A stretch of DNA of 64,000 bases from an uncultured Gammaproteobacteria bacterium (GCA_963797555.1 CAWCPV010000006.1:64001-128000); one strand, 5' to 3'; shown: positions 8,923 to 19,846, counted from the first letter of the stretch. Made by a program: numbers and translations. Notes: generated by a model from the letters alone, not told the origin.

Positions 8923-9854
8923 CTGCAGACGTGGCGGCGTCGGTCAGGGCCCGTCTCCTGAACCAGGCAAAGGCGAGCGGGGAGGAGTTCGAGCGAACCC
9001 TGGCGCGCTTCGCCGCCGAGCGGCTGCTCTTTCGCCTCGGTGAATCCGCGGCGCGAGACCGTTGCATCCTGAAAGGCGCCAGCCTCCTTGCGGTATGGCT
9101 TCCGGATCCTTACCGGGCAACCCGCGATGTGGACGTGCTGCTCTCGGGACAGGCGGACGACGCCGCGATCCGGTCGCTGGTGGCGGAGATCTGCGCGATG
9201 GCCTGTCCCGAAGACGCCCTCCGCTTCGACCTCTCCAAGCTGGTCGTCGAGACGATCCGGCCCGAGGACGAGTACTCGGGCAAGCGCGCCCGCTTCCGCG
9301 CGTTCCTCGGCAACGCGCGGATCGCCGTGCAGCTTGACCTTGGCGTTGGCGACGCGTTGACCGTACAGCCCGAAGAGATCGTCTACCCGACGATGCTCGA
9401 CACCCTGCCCCCGCCCCGGCTCCGCGCCTATCCGCGCGAGGCGTCCGTCGCCGAGAAGTTCGAAGCGATGGTGAAGCTCGACACGCGCAACAGCCGGATG
9501 AAGGACTTCCACGACATCTGGGCGCTTGTGGGCGCCTTCGAGTTCGATGGCCCGTCGCTCCAGAAAGCAATCGCGGCCTGCTTCGAGCGCCGGGGCACAC
9601 CGTGGACCGATGAACTCCCGCGCGTCCTGACCCCGGCGTTCTACCAGATGCCGGATATGGAGACGCGCTGGCGGAACTACCGCGCGGCGGGTGCCGTGCT
9701 CGCCCCGCTGCCGCCCCAGTTCGCGGTCATCGGAGAGCGCATCATCGAGTTCCTTGGCCCTGTCCGGAGCAGCATCGCCGCGGGAGAGGCGTTCGAGCGT
9801 GCCTGGGCGCCGGGAGGCCCTTGGATGTCTGCCGGACAAGAGAACACAGAATGA
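8919..9854 (+). CDS. abiEii: AbiEii/AbiGii nucleotidyltransferase toxin
   Basis: ASVRARLLN, ILKGASLL, RATRDVD, VAEKFEAMV, NSRMKDFHDIW motifs. Confidence 0.9.
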   Translation: MTADVAASVRARLLNQAKASGEEFERTLARFAAERLLFRLGESAARDRCILKGASLLAVWLPDPYRATRDVDVLLSGQADDAAIRSLVAEICAMACPEDALRFDLSKLVVETIRPEDEYSGKRARFRAFLGNARIAVQLDLGVGDALTVQPEEIVYPTMLDTLPPPRLRAYPREASVAEKFEAMVKLDTRNSRMKDFHDIWALVGAFEFDGPSLQKAIAACFERRGTPWTDELPRVLTPAFYQMPDMETRWRNYRAAGAVLAPLPPQFAVIGERIIEFLGPVRSSIAAGEAFERAWAPGGPWMSAGQENTE

Positions 9855-11719
9855 TCGGCGCCAGCTTCGACAGCACCAAGACCCCGCTTCACGACCTGCT
9901 CGCACGGGCCGACGGCGGCAAGCTCCAGCTTCCGGATTTTCAGCGCGGCTGGGTCTGGGACGACGACCGCATCCGGAGCCTCCTCGCCAGCGTGTCGGTC
10001 TCTTTCCCGATCGGTGCCGTGATGTTGCTCGAAACGGGCGGCGAGCACGTCCGCTTCAAGCCGCGGCCCCTCTCCGGAACGCACGAGCGGCTGCGCCAGA
10101 TCGCGCCCGAGACGTTGATCCTCGACGGCCAGCAGCGGCTGACATCGCTCTACCAGGCGCTGATGAGCGCGGTGGTGGTCGAGACCAAGGACGCCAAGGG
10201 CAAGCCGATCCGCCGCTGGTACTACATCGACATGAAGCAGGCCGTGACTAACGACGACGACCGCGAGGACGCGGTGCTGAGCGTCCCCGAGGACCGCCAG
10301 GTCAAGGCGTTCGGCGGCGAGATCGCTTTGGACGTGACGACACCCGAGCGGGAGTACGGAGCCGACCTCTTTCCCGTGAACCGGATTTTCCAGAGCGCGG
10401 AGTGGCGTCAGGCTTACAACAAGCACTGGAACTACGTACCCGAGAAGATCCAGCTCTACGACGAGTTCGAGCGCGAGGTCATCAAGCGGTTCGAGCAGTA
10501 TCAGGTGCCGGTGATCGAGCTGAAAAAGGAGACACCCAAGGAGGCCGTCTGCCTGGTCTTCGAGCGCGTGAACACGGGGGGCATGGCGCTCAACGTGTTC
10601 GAGCTGCTCACGGCCGCCTTTGCCGCGGACGATTTCCAGCTCCGCGATGACTGGAACGCCCGCGAGCAGCGCCTGAAGGGCCAGCACCCCGTGCTGCGCA
10701 ACCTCCAGAGCGACGACTTCCTCCAGGCCATCTCGCTCCTCGTGACGCAGAGGCGCCGCCACAACACGCTCGCGGCCGGCGTCGCCGTCGACAAGGCGCC
10801 CGGCATCAGTTGCAAGCGCAAGGACATCCTGAAGCTCGAGGTCGCCGACTGGCAGGCATGGGCCGAACGCGTCGAGGCCGGTTTCGTGCGCGCCGCGCGC
10901 TTTCTGTACGGGCAGAAGATATTCAAGGCGCGGGATCTGCCCTACCGCACCCAGCTCGTGCCGCTCGCCGCGATGTTTGTGAACCTCGGCCAGGACGGTG
11001 AGACCGAGGGTGCCCGCCAGCGGATCGCCCGATGGTACTGGTGTGGGGTTCTCGGCGAGCTTTACGGCGGCGCCATCGAGAGCCGCTTCGCGCGCGACCT
11101 GCCGGAGGTGGTCGCCCTGGTGCGCGGCGAGGGGAGCGAGCCGATCAGTATCCAGGAGTCGAGCTTCCAGGCCAACCGGCTGCTGACGCTGCGGACGCGC
11201 AACAGCTCGGCCTACAAGGGAGTCTACGCGCTCCTGATGCGCGACGGCGGGCGGGACTTCCGCACCGGCGAGCCGATCGAAGCCCAGACCTTCTTCGACG
11301 ACAAGGTCGACATCCACCACATCTTCCCCGAGAAGTGGTGCAAGGCGGCCGGCATCGAGCCCGGCACCTACAACAGCGTGATCAACAAGACGGCGCTCGC
11401 CGCCAAGACCAACCGCCAGATCGGCGGCCGCGCGCCGTCGAAGTACCTGCCTGCGATCGAGAAGGCCGCTGGTGTTGGTACCGAGCGTATGGACGAGATC
11501 CTGCGTTCGCATTGCATCGCACCGGGAGAACTGCGGGCCGACCGCTTCTGGGAGTTCTACGCTGCACGCGCCGAGGCGCTGCTCCAGCGCATCGAGGCCG
11601 CGACGGGCAAGACCATCACGCGCGAGCCGGAACTTTTCCGCGCCGGGGTCGTCGCCGAAGTCTACGACGAGGGGCCGGAGGAATGGGACGCCGAGGAGCC
11701 GATCGAGGAGGCGTCGTGA
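9851..11719 (+). CDS. DUF262 + HNH-like protein (GmrSD-type modification-dependent restriction family)
   Basis: DUF262 motifs LPDFQRGWVW, LDGQQRLT and FERVNTGG; C-terminal DIHHIFP...N...TN HNH-like motif. Confidence 0.85.
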   Translation: MIGASFDSTKTPLHDLLARADGGKLQLPDFQRGWVWDDDRIRSLLASVSVSFPIGAVMLLETGGEHVRFKPRPLSGTHERLRQIAPETLILDGQQRLTSLYQALMSAVVVETKDAKGKPIRRWYYIDMKQAVTNDDDREDAVLSVPEDRQVKAFGGEIALDVTTPEREYGADLFPVNRIFQSAEWRQAYNKHWNYVPEKIQLYDEFEREVIKRFEQYQVPVIELKKETPKEAVCLVFERVNTGGMALNVFELLTAAFAADDFQLRDDWNAREQRLKGQHPVLRNLQSDDFLQAISLLVTQRRRHNTLAAGVAVDKAPGISCKRKDILKLEVADWQAWAERVEAGFVRAARFLYGQKIFKARDLPYRTQLVPLAAMFVNLGQDGETEGARQRIARWYWCGVLGELYGGAIESRFARDLPEVVALVRGEGSEPISIQESSFQANRLLTLRTRNSSAYKGVYALLMRDGGRDFRTGEPIEAQTFFDDKVDIHHIFPEKWCKAAGIEPGTYNSVINKTALAAKTNRQIGGRAPSKYLPAIEKAAGVGTERMDEILRSHCIAPGELRADRFWEFYAARAEALLQRIEAATGKTITREPELFRAGVVAEVYDEGPEEWDAEEPIEEAS

Positions 11720-13074
11720 GGGCGGCGAAGAACACCGAGCGTGCGGCGCGGCCAGAGCGTTTCAGGTCCTATCCGGGCTACAAGGACTCGGGGGTCGAGT
11801 GGTTGGGGGAGATTCCCGCGCACTGGGAGGTCGCGCCCGTCTATGCGCGGTACCAGATAGCACTTGGAAAGATGCTCGATGCCAAGCGGGTGACCGGCGA
11901 GTCTTCCGGGCGATACTTGCGCAATATCGATGTCCAATGGGACGCGGTGAACACAGAAGGGCTGCCGGAGATGGACTTCGCCCCGGGGGAGCGCGACCGG
12001 TACCTGATTCGCCCGGGCGACCTGCTCGTTTGCGAGGGTGGCGAGGTCGGTAGAACCGCAATCTGGGGTGGGCAAATCGAGGAGTGCTTTTACCAGAAGG
12101 CGATCCACCGGGTAAGACCGCATTCGGACAAAGAGGCGCCGCGCTTTTTCTACTACCTTATGTACACTCTGGCAAAGCGTGGTGTATTCGTCGCGGGCGG
12201 GAACCCGAACACGATCGATCACCTCACCGCCGTGCAACTGAGGCATTACCGCCTTCCGTTCGCCCCGACTCAAGAACAACGTGCCATCGCCGCCTTCCTC
12301 GACCGGGAGACGGCGAGGATCGATGCGCTGGTGGCGAAGAAGGAGCGGCTGATCGAGCTGCTCCAGGAGAAACGCACCGCCCTCATCACCCGCACCGTCA
12401 CCAAGGGCCTCGACCCGAACGTCCCCATGAAGGACTCCGGCGTCGAGTGGCTGGGGGAAATTCCGGCGCATTGGGAGGTCAGGAAGACGACCTGGATATT
12501 CACGATTGGGAGTGGAACGACGCCCCGGTCTGAGGATCCCGCTTACTACGGTGGTGAGACGCCTTGGATCACCACATCTGAGCTTCGCGAGTCGGAAGTG
12601 GTCGCAACAGAGAAGAACGTCACTGGGGACGCGGTTAGAGACCACCCGAGCCTGAAGGTTCATCCCAAGGGGAGTGTCGCAGTGGCGATGTACGGTGCGA
12701 CGATTGGGCGTCTCGGAATCCTGGGCGTTCCCGCGACAGTTAATCAGGCTTGCTGTGTCTTTAGCAGGCCCAGGGGTATCGAGACGTGGTACTGGTTCTA
12801 TTGGCTGCAGATGCGGCGGCCGTATCTAATCTCGCTTGGCTACGGCGGCGGTCAACCGAACCTCAGCCAGGATCTCTTGAGATCGCTCCGCGTCCCGACG
12901 CCGCCCCTTCTCGAGCAGCGCGCCATCATTTCCTTTCTCGATCTGGAGGCGGCGCGGATTGACGCCCTCATTGCCAAGGTCCGCGAAGCCATCGAGCGGC
13001 TCAAGGAACTGCGTACCGCCCTCATCTCCGCCGCGGTGACAGGCAAGATCGACGTGCGGAAGGAGGTCGCATGA
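11716..13074 (+). CDS. hsdS: Type I restriction-modification specificity subunit S
   Basis: Duplicated conserved block KDSGVEWLGEIPAHWEV, two TRDs, EQRAI..FLD.E.ARIDAL helices, ALISAAVTGKIDVR terminus; GTGA overlap at the start. Confidence 0.95.
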   Translation: MRAAKNTERAARPERFRSYPGYKDSGVEWLGEIPAHWEVAPVYARYQIALGKMLDAKRVTGESSGRYLRNIDVQWDAVNTEGLPEMDFAPGERDRYLIRPGDLLVCEGGEVGRTAIWGGQIEECFYQKAIHRVRPHSDKEAPRFFYYLMYTLAKRGVFVAGGNPNTIDHLTAVQLRHYRLPFAPTQEQRAIAAFLDRETARIDALVAKKERLIELLQEKRTALITRTVTKGLDPNVPMKDSGVEWLGEIPAHWEVRKTTWIFTIGSGTTPRSEDPAYYGGETPWITTSELRESEVVATEKNVTGDAVRDHPSLKVHPKGSVAVAMYGATIGRLGILGVPATVNQACCVFSRPRGIETWYWFYWLQMRRPYLISLGYGGGQPNLSQDLLRSLRVPTPPLLEQRAIISFLDLEAARIDALIAKVREAIERLKELRTALISAAVTGKIDVRKEVA

Positions 13075-13429
13075 CTCGAATTGCCGTCAAACGGAAATTG
13101 GTGCACCAGGCACGCCAGAGGGTTGGCCGGAGCTTTGAGGCCCTTACACGGAAGTTGCCGAGGCTTCAGTGCGGCGCGAGCGTGCCCTGCTTGGAGCCGT
13201 CAGTCGACTGACGCTCTGCAGACGGTCCTCACCGGCAGTCCGCGGGGCCGTTGTCTTCACCGAAGCCCGCTGACGCAAATAGCTCGGCGGCTTGTTTTCG
13301 GAGGCGCTAACATCCTCGCAGCCAGCGAAGGTGGTTGTCTCCGGCTGGGGTTGTTGGTTAGACTTCACCATTGAAGTCTTAATAGCACTGCGGCTTATTC
13401 AGAGTTTCTGAACAGCGGGGCCTAGCGTC

Positions 13430-14593
13430 GTGCAGCGCGGGGAAACCGGTCGCTACGAGGTCACCAGCGTTGGGGGCGAGCAGGTCCGCGCCTTCGTGCC
13501 GGCCCCGCTGCCGCCAGCCCCGCCGCTCGTCTTGGACGGTCCACTCCAGCAGACGCTCGAATCCGCTGTGCTTGCGGTCGGGCGGCTCGACGGCGTCTCG
13601 ACCCTGCTGCCCGACAAGGCGCTCTTTCTCTATGCCTATGTGCGTAAGGAGGCGGTGCTCTCTTCCCAGATCGAAGGGACGCAGTCGTCGCTCTCGGACC
13701 TACTGCTCTTCGAGCTAGACGAGGCGCCGGGCGTTCCTCTCGATGACGTCGTCGAAGTCTCGAACTACGTCGCGGCCCTGGAGCACGGGCTGGCACGCCT
13801 GCGGGAGGGCTTTCCGCTCTCCAATCGACTCGTCCGCGAGATCCACGGCGTGCTGTTCTCGCGCGGGCGCGGCAGCGCCAAAAATCCCGGTGAGTTCCGC
13901 CGCTCGCAGAACTGGATCGGCGGCAGCCGGCCCGGCAATGCCGCCTTCGTGCCTCCGCCCCACACCGTCGTGCCCGACTGCATGGCGGCGCTCGAGCGTT
14001 TTCTTCACGCCGAGGGCGACGGCCTGCCCGTTCTGGTGCGCGCCGCAGTGGCGCACGTCCAGTTCGAGACGATCCACCCCTTCCTCGACGGCAACGGGCG
14101 TGTTGGACGTCTGCTCATCACCTTCCTGCTCTGCGATGCCGGCCTGCTGCGGGAGCCGCTTCTGTACCTGAGCCTCTATCTGAAGCAGAACCGGACGGCA
14201 TACTACGACCTGCTCGACCGAGTGCGGCGCACCGGTGACTGGGAGACCTGGCTTGCATTCTTCCTGGAGGGGGTAAGGCAGACGGCTGAAGGCGCGGTCT
14301 CGACCGCGCAGCGGTTGGCCGAAACGTTCACGGCCGATCGGGCGAAGATAGAACCGGCCGGCCGCCGGGCCGGCTCGGCGCTACGTGTGCACGAGGCGCT
14401 GAAGAGGCGGCCGATCCTCTCCATGCCCGAGGTCTGCCGAAGCACGGGGCTGTCCTTTCCGGCCGCCTCGTCGGCGATGGACCTGCTCGCAGAGTTCGGA
14501 ACGGTGCGGGAGCTGACCGGGAAACGTCGGAACAGGCTCTTCGTGTACGAACGGTACCTCGCCATCCTCAACGAGGGCACAGAGGCGCCATGA
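13430..14593 (+). CDS. Fic-family protein with C-terminal HTH
   Basis: Canonical Fic motif HPFLDGNGRVGR; EAVLSSQIEGT inhibitory-helix motif. Confidence 0.92.
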   Translation: MQRGETGRYEVTSVGGEQVRAFVPAPLPPAPPLVLDGPLQQTLESAVLAVGRLDGVSTLLPDKALFLYAYVRKEAVLSSQIEGTQSSLSDLLLFELDEAPGVPLDDVVEVSNYVAALEHGLARLREGFPLSNRLVREIHGVLFSRGRGSAKNPGEFRRSQNWIGGSRPGNAAFVPPPHTVVPDCMAALERFLHAEGDGLPVLVRAAVAHVQFETIHPFLDGNGRVGRLLITFLLCDAGLLREPLLYLSLYLKQNRTAYYDLLDRVRRTGDWETWLAFFLEGVRQTAEGAVSTAQRLAETFTADRAKIEPAGRRAGSALRVHEALKRRPILSMPEVCRSTGLSFPAASSAMDLLAEFGTVRELTGKRRNRLFVYERYLAILNEGTEAP

Positions 14594-17500
14594 GTCCCGA
14601 GATCTCCGAGCGCTCCTTCGAGCAGGCCATCGAGTGCGGGCTGCTCCGGTATGGCCCGGACGCCCGCGCCGGGGACTCGACCGCCGTCCGGGAGACGCCC
14701 CCGCCCTACGGCGAAGCCGTACCGGGCGACTACCGGAAGCGCTCGCCGGAGGACTACGACCGCGCGCTGTGCCTGCTGCCGCGCGACGTCGCGGACTTCG
14801 TCCTCGCCACGCAGCCGAAGGAATGGGAGAAGCTCAAGCAGCACCACGGCGCCGAAACCAAGGAGCGGTTCTTGAAGCGCCTCGCCTCGGAGATCGAACG
14901 GCGCGGCGCGCTCGACGTGCTGCGGAACGGCATCAAGGACTCGGGCTGCAAGTTCCGGCTCGCCTACTTCCGCCCCGCCAGCGGGCTCAACGAGGAGACC
15001 CGGCGCCTGCACGCGGCGAACCTGTTCGCGGTGGTGCGCCAGCTCCGTTACAGCGGGAAAAACGAGAAGAGCCTCGACCTGGCACTGTTCCTGAACGGGT
15101 TGCCGGTCTTCACTGCCGAGCTGAAGAACCCCCTCACCGGCCAGGATGTCGAGGACGCCATCCGACAGTACAAGAGCGACCGCGACCCGCGCGAGCCGCT
15201 CCTCGCCCACGGCCGCTGCCTCGCGCACTTCGCGGTGGATCCGGACCTGGTCTACGTGACCACCCAGCTCGCCGGGCCGAAGACGCGTTTCCTCCCCTTC
15301 AACCAGGGCAAGTTCGGCGGCGCCGGCAACCCGCCCGTGCCGCCCACCCGGGGGGGCTACGCGACCGCGTACCTCTGGGTGGAGACCTGGGCGCGCGACA
15401 GTGTGCTCGACCTCGTGCGCCAGTTCATCCATGAGGTCGAGGAGGAGGACGAGAAGGGGCGCAAGACCGGCAAACGCTTCCTGATCTTTCCGCGCTACCA
15501 GCAGCTCGACGCCGTCCGCCGGCTGGTGGCCCACGCCCGCCAGTACGGGGCGGGGCAGCGCTATCTCATCCAGCACTCGGCTGGCAGCGGCAAGAGCTTC
15601 ACCATCGCCTGGCTGGCCCACCAGCTCTCGACGCTCCACGACGCGGCCGACCGGCGGGTCTTCGACTCCATCGTGGTCGTCACCGACCGGCGCGTCCTCG
15701 ACCGGCAGCTCCAGACCACCATGCGCCAGTTCGAGCAAACCCTCGGCGTGGTGGAGAACATCGACACCACCTCGCGCCAGCTCAAGCAGGCTCTGGAGTC
15801 GGGGAAGACCATCATCGTGACGACGCTCCAAAAGTTCCCGGTGATCGCGCGGGAGATAGGCGAGCTTCCGGGGAGCCGCTTCGCCGTTATCGTGGACGAG
15901 GCGCACTCGTCGCAGTCGGGAGAGAGCACCAAGAGCCTCAAGTCGGTGCTGGCCTCCGCGAGCCTGGAGGAGGCGGAACGGGAGGAGGCCGCAGCAGAGA
16001 CTCCCGAGGAGGAGCTGGAGAACACGGTCCTCGCCGAGATGGAGAAGCGGGGCCGGCTCCCCAACCTCTCCCTGTTCGCCTTCACGGCGACCCCCAAGCC
16101 CAAGACCCTCGAGCTCTTCGGCACGAAGCGCCCCGACGGCAGGTTCGCGCCCTTCCACCTGTACAGCATGCGCCAGGCCATCGAGGAGGGATTCATCCTC
16201 GATGTCCTGGAGACCTACACCACCTACAAGGCATACTGGCGGCTCCTCAAGAAGATCGAGGACGACCCCCGTTACGACAAGAACAAGGCGCAGCACCTGC
16301 TGAAGTCGTTCGTGGAGCTGCACCCGCACGCCATCAACGAGAAGGTGCGGATCATGGTCGAGCACTTCGCCGCCCAAGCGCAGAACGAGATCGGCGGGAA
16401 GGCCAAGGCCATGATCGTGACGCGGTCGCGGCTGCACGCGGTGCGCTACCGGCTGGCGCTGGACCGTTATGTGAAGGAGAAGGGGTATCCGTTCAGGGCG
16501 CTGGCCGCCTTCTCGGGCGCCGTGCAGGACGGCGGACTGGGCTACACCGAGGCGGAGATGAACGGCTTGTCCGAGAGGCAGACCGCCAAGACCTTCGAAC
16601 GCCCCGAGTACCGTTTCCTCATCGTGGCCAACAAGTTCCAGACCGGCTTCGACCAGCCGCTGCTGCACACCCTGTACGTGGACAAGAAGCTCGGCGGGGT
16701 GAACGCCGTGCAGACCCTGTCACGGCTGAACCGCATCCACCCCGGGAAGCGCGGGACGATGGTGCTGGACTTCGCCAACGAGGCCGACGCCATTCAGGCG
16801 GCGTTCGAGCCATACTACGAGACCACGCTGCTCTCGGAGGCGACGGACCCCAACCTCCTCTACGAGACGCAGAGCCGGCTCCTCGCCTTCGGGGTCTATA
16901 CCGAGGCGGACGTGGACCGCTTCGCGAAGGTCTATTTCGACCGCAAGGCCACGCAGGACCAGCTCTATGCGGCCCTGGCCCCGGTGACGGCGCGCTTCTT
17001 CGGGGAGCTGTCCGAAGAGGAGCGGCACGACGTCCGCGGCCAGCTCACCGACTACGTGCGGCTCTACGCCTTCCTGGCCCAAGTGCTGACCTTCGCCGAC
17101 ACGGACCTCGAGAAGCTCTACGTGTTCGCGCGCCACCTGCGGCGGCTCCTGCCCTCCGATCAGGTCGAGCTTCCCCGGCGAGGTGCAGCAGAACATCGAC
17201 ATGGAGTCCTACCGCATCCAGCAGACGGGGAGCGGGAAGATCGCGCTGGAGCGCAAGACCGGCCTGCTCGACCCGATGGGGACGAAAGACCATCCCGGGC
17301 CGGGACCGGAGCAGATCGAGCCACTATCCCGGATCATCGCCGAGCTGAACGAGCGCTTCGGGCTGAATCTCGGCCCCGAGCACCGAGTCACGCTCGGCCA
17401 GATGATCGAGAAGCTGGACGACGACCCGGCCCTCGACGCCAGCGCCCGGGCCAACACGCGCGAGAACGTGAGGCTCACCTTCGACCAGAAGGTGGAGGAC

Positions 17501-18133
17501 GTGATCCAGGAAATCGTCGACTCGAACTTCGATCTGTACAAACGCATCACCGACGACCGGGCGTTCGGCCAAGCGGTCAAGAACTTCCTTTTCGATCAGT
17601 ATCTGCGGACCCACCGGCAGGCGGAGGAGCTGATCAAACGAGGCGAGTCCCGGACCCTCGAGTTCAAGTCCACGCTGCGCTGGAGCCTCCGCGAAAACCG
17701 GATGGACGACAAGGCCGTCACCCATGCCGTCCTCAAGACCATCGCGGCGTTCCTGAACACCGAGGGCGGCGACCTCCTCATCGGTGTCGCGGACGACGGA
17801 TCGGTGGTCGGCATCGAGGTCGACCGGCTCGACAGCGACGACAAGTTCATGCGCCACCTGGCGCAGGCCGTCCGCAACGGCCTGGGCGACCGTGCCAGCA
17901 CCTGCATCGACCCGAGGACCCAGGTCGTCCGGGGAAAGACCGTGTGCCTGGTCACCTGCCAGCGCAGCCCGGAGCCCGTGTTCCTCAAATGGAAGGGAAC
18001 CGAGGAGGGCCCCGGCGGAGATTTCTACGTGCGGAGCGGGCCGGGAAGCGTGAGACTCCGCCCCGAAAGCGCTGCGGAATACATCCGGACGCGGTTTCCG
18101 GAGGCGCCGAAGCGTGGTGAAGATTCGCCGTAG
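14590..18133 (+). CDS. hsdR: Type I restriction subunit R with C-terminal Schlafen/AlbA_2 domain; 1-nt frameshift at ~17175
   Basis: Nuclease motif DLALFLNGLPVFTAELKN, Walker A HSAGSGKS, DEAH, FTATP, QTLSRLNR. HsdR tail continues in the 17183..18133 frame (ELP-EVQQNIDMESYR), then GESRTLEFKS...IAAFLNTEGGDLLIGVADDG. Confidence 0.92.
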
Positions 18134-18713
18134 GAGCCGGGTACGGTGTATGTGAGCGCCCGCTGCGGCCGGATGCCGCCGTACCCCACCAGCAACCCGC
18201 CAAGATTGCCACCTGGATTTTGCGTTCCGTAAGGTTGGCTTGGCGCGACTCCAAGCACCCCATAGCTGAGCCGCCCACGGCGGCCTTGTCCCTTCGAGAA
18301 ATACGCATTGCCAATCCCCTCAGGTACGCGCGCAGCATGCACGCGGAACACGCTTCCGCCGGCGCAAGCCGTGCCGTCGCGGGACACCCGTCGCACACGC
18401 TCCTGGGCGATGCTCGGTTCGCCGAGTGGGCGTTGCCGACCGACTGAAAACCGAACAAGATTCAAGTTGTGCCGCCCCAGTGTTTGAACGTATCAAACAC
18501 GCCCGCGCCCTGAGCGGCTCATTGGGGTCAGGCGAGAGGATGCGGCCGGATGCTGCTGACCGTCTGGTTTCGACCCAGAGCAGCCATTCGTGTCCGACAC
18601 GACACGGCAGCCGCACGGCTGCGCTGCCCCAGTGGTCCCCGCCGCTTGAGTTGTGGCAAGCTAGTGAAGCCGTAACCGGTTTGTCATGACATCAAAAAGC
18701 GAGGAGAGCCCCC

Positions 18714-19222
18714 ATGAAATTCCGTCTCGTAGCGTTGGTGAGCTTCACCTGCTTTGCGCTGGGCACCGCAGCCGCTGCTGAACCGGTCATGATGTCGCAG
18801 AATGGGCCAAGCAGGCGTGTGAAGCATGGAACGCCGATTCGACCCTGACCGAGGGTCTGGAGAAGTGGATAGAGAACGACAAGGGCCGCGGCTTCAAGGT
18901 GATCGAAATGTACCGCACCGACTGCCCCGATAGCCCGCGTGTGGAGCTTCGATTCAACAAGAAGGACGGCAAGGCGATGTGTGGTTACGGCGGTGCGGTC
19001 GAAACCAAGAATTTGGACCTCAGTGCCGACTACATCATGTCCGCGGCGACCCCGCGCTGGCTAGAAATGGGCAAGGGAGAATATGGACCCTTCAAGGCGA
19101 TGATGTTCGGCCGCTTGAAGTTCGAAGGGCCGAAGATGGAGGCGATGGGCAACATGGGGCCTTTCGGGGCCTTCCTGCGCATCGTGGGCAAGGTTCCGAG
19201 CGATTCCTCCAAGTGCCCCTAA
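18714..19222 (+). CDS. Signal-peptide-bearing SCP2 (sterol-carrier-like) domain protein; frameshift at ~18796
   Basis: GAGGAG RBS, MKFRLVALVSFTCFALGTAAAA signal, then EWAKQACEAWN in a shifted frame that continues to PFKAMMFGRLKFEG (SCP2-like C-terminus). Confidence 0.7.
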
Positions 19223-19540
19223 CGTGAAGGAAAGCCTCCAGAGCGTTGGATGTCCCAGACAAGGCAGCATGCCCAACTCAGTGGTTTCTTACGGCACAGA
19301 TTCTTCACCGAGCTTTGCATCGCAGAGCACTGTGGTCGCGCGGAGCCCGGATATAGCGCTATGAGCAGCCCGGTGATTGAGCGCTTTCCCGCGAGTCCAT
19401 CAGTCCGCAAGCCTGCCGACATCCGACTCGGAGCGACAGCGGTGAGGTGACGATATGGCAGAAGAAGCGAGGGGGAGCCGGCAGTACATCAGTTCTCGCT
19501 CGCCGCCGGTCGCGCCTCAATCGACGGCGGGCGTGACCTT

Positions 19541-19846
19541 CTAGCTCCACTTCTTTCCCAGCGCCTCCAAGTTGGCGCGCGCGAGGTCTTCGGGCGTCAT
19601 GGCAATGCGGAACTCCACTTCGGCATCGAAGGTGAGAAACCACGGCTCGGCCAACATCGGGACCTCGGACGGATCGTCGACGTGGACGACCAAAGTGCCA
19701 CCGCGCCGACCGTTCTGCTCGGAGAAATAGACGGCTTCGGGCTTGATGGCTTCAAGAATTCGCTGGATCTTCTCCCCAACGGTGCCATCCAGAACCGCAG
19801 TGTTGAACGGTTCAAGCGGGACATGGACATGCATGAGCATGCGCAT
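19541..19846 (-). CDS. Small conserved hypothetical protein (DUF3303/GYD-like), copy 1
   Basis: 101 aa, KPEAVYF...GRRGG...LAEPWFL..AEVEFRIAMTPEDL; GGAGG RBS and TATAAT upstream. Confidence 0.75.
   Translation of the reverse strand: MRMLMHVHVPLEPFNTAVLDGTVGEKIQRILEAIKPEAVYFSEQNGRRGGTLVVHVDDPSEVPMLAEPWFLTFDAEVEFRIAMTPEDLARANLEALGKKWS

Noticed and set aside
17176-18120. C-terminal ~315 aa of the listed 1176-aa HsdR ORF (RRGAAEHRHG...)
   Set aside because: R/P/G-rich off-frame read-through; the real HsdR tail is in the 17183..18133 frame.
18133-18700. Integron attC-like or palindromic cassette sites (also 13080-13400 and ~19910-19945)
   Set aside because: Some inverted-repeat character, but I could not identify paired RYYYAAC/GTTRRRY boxes, and no integron integrase is present.
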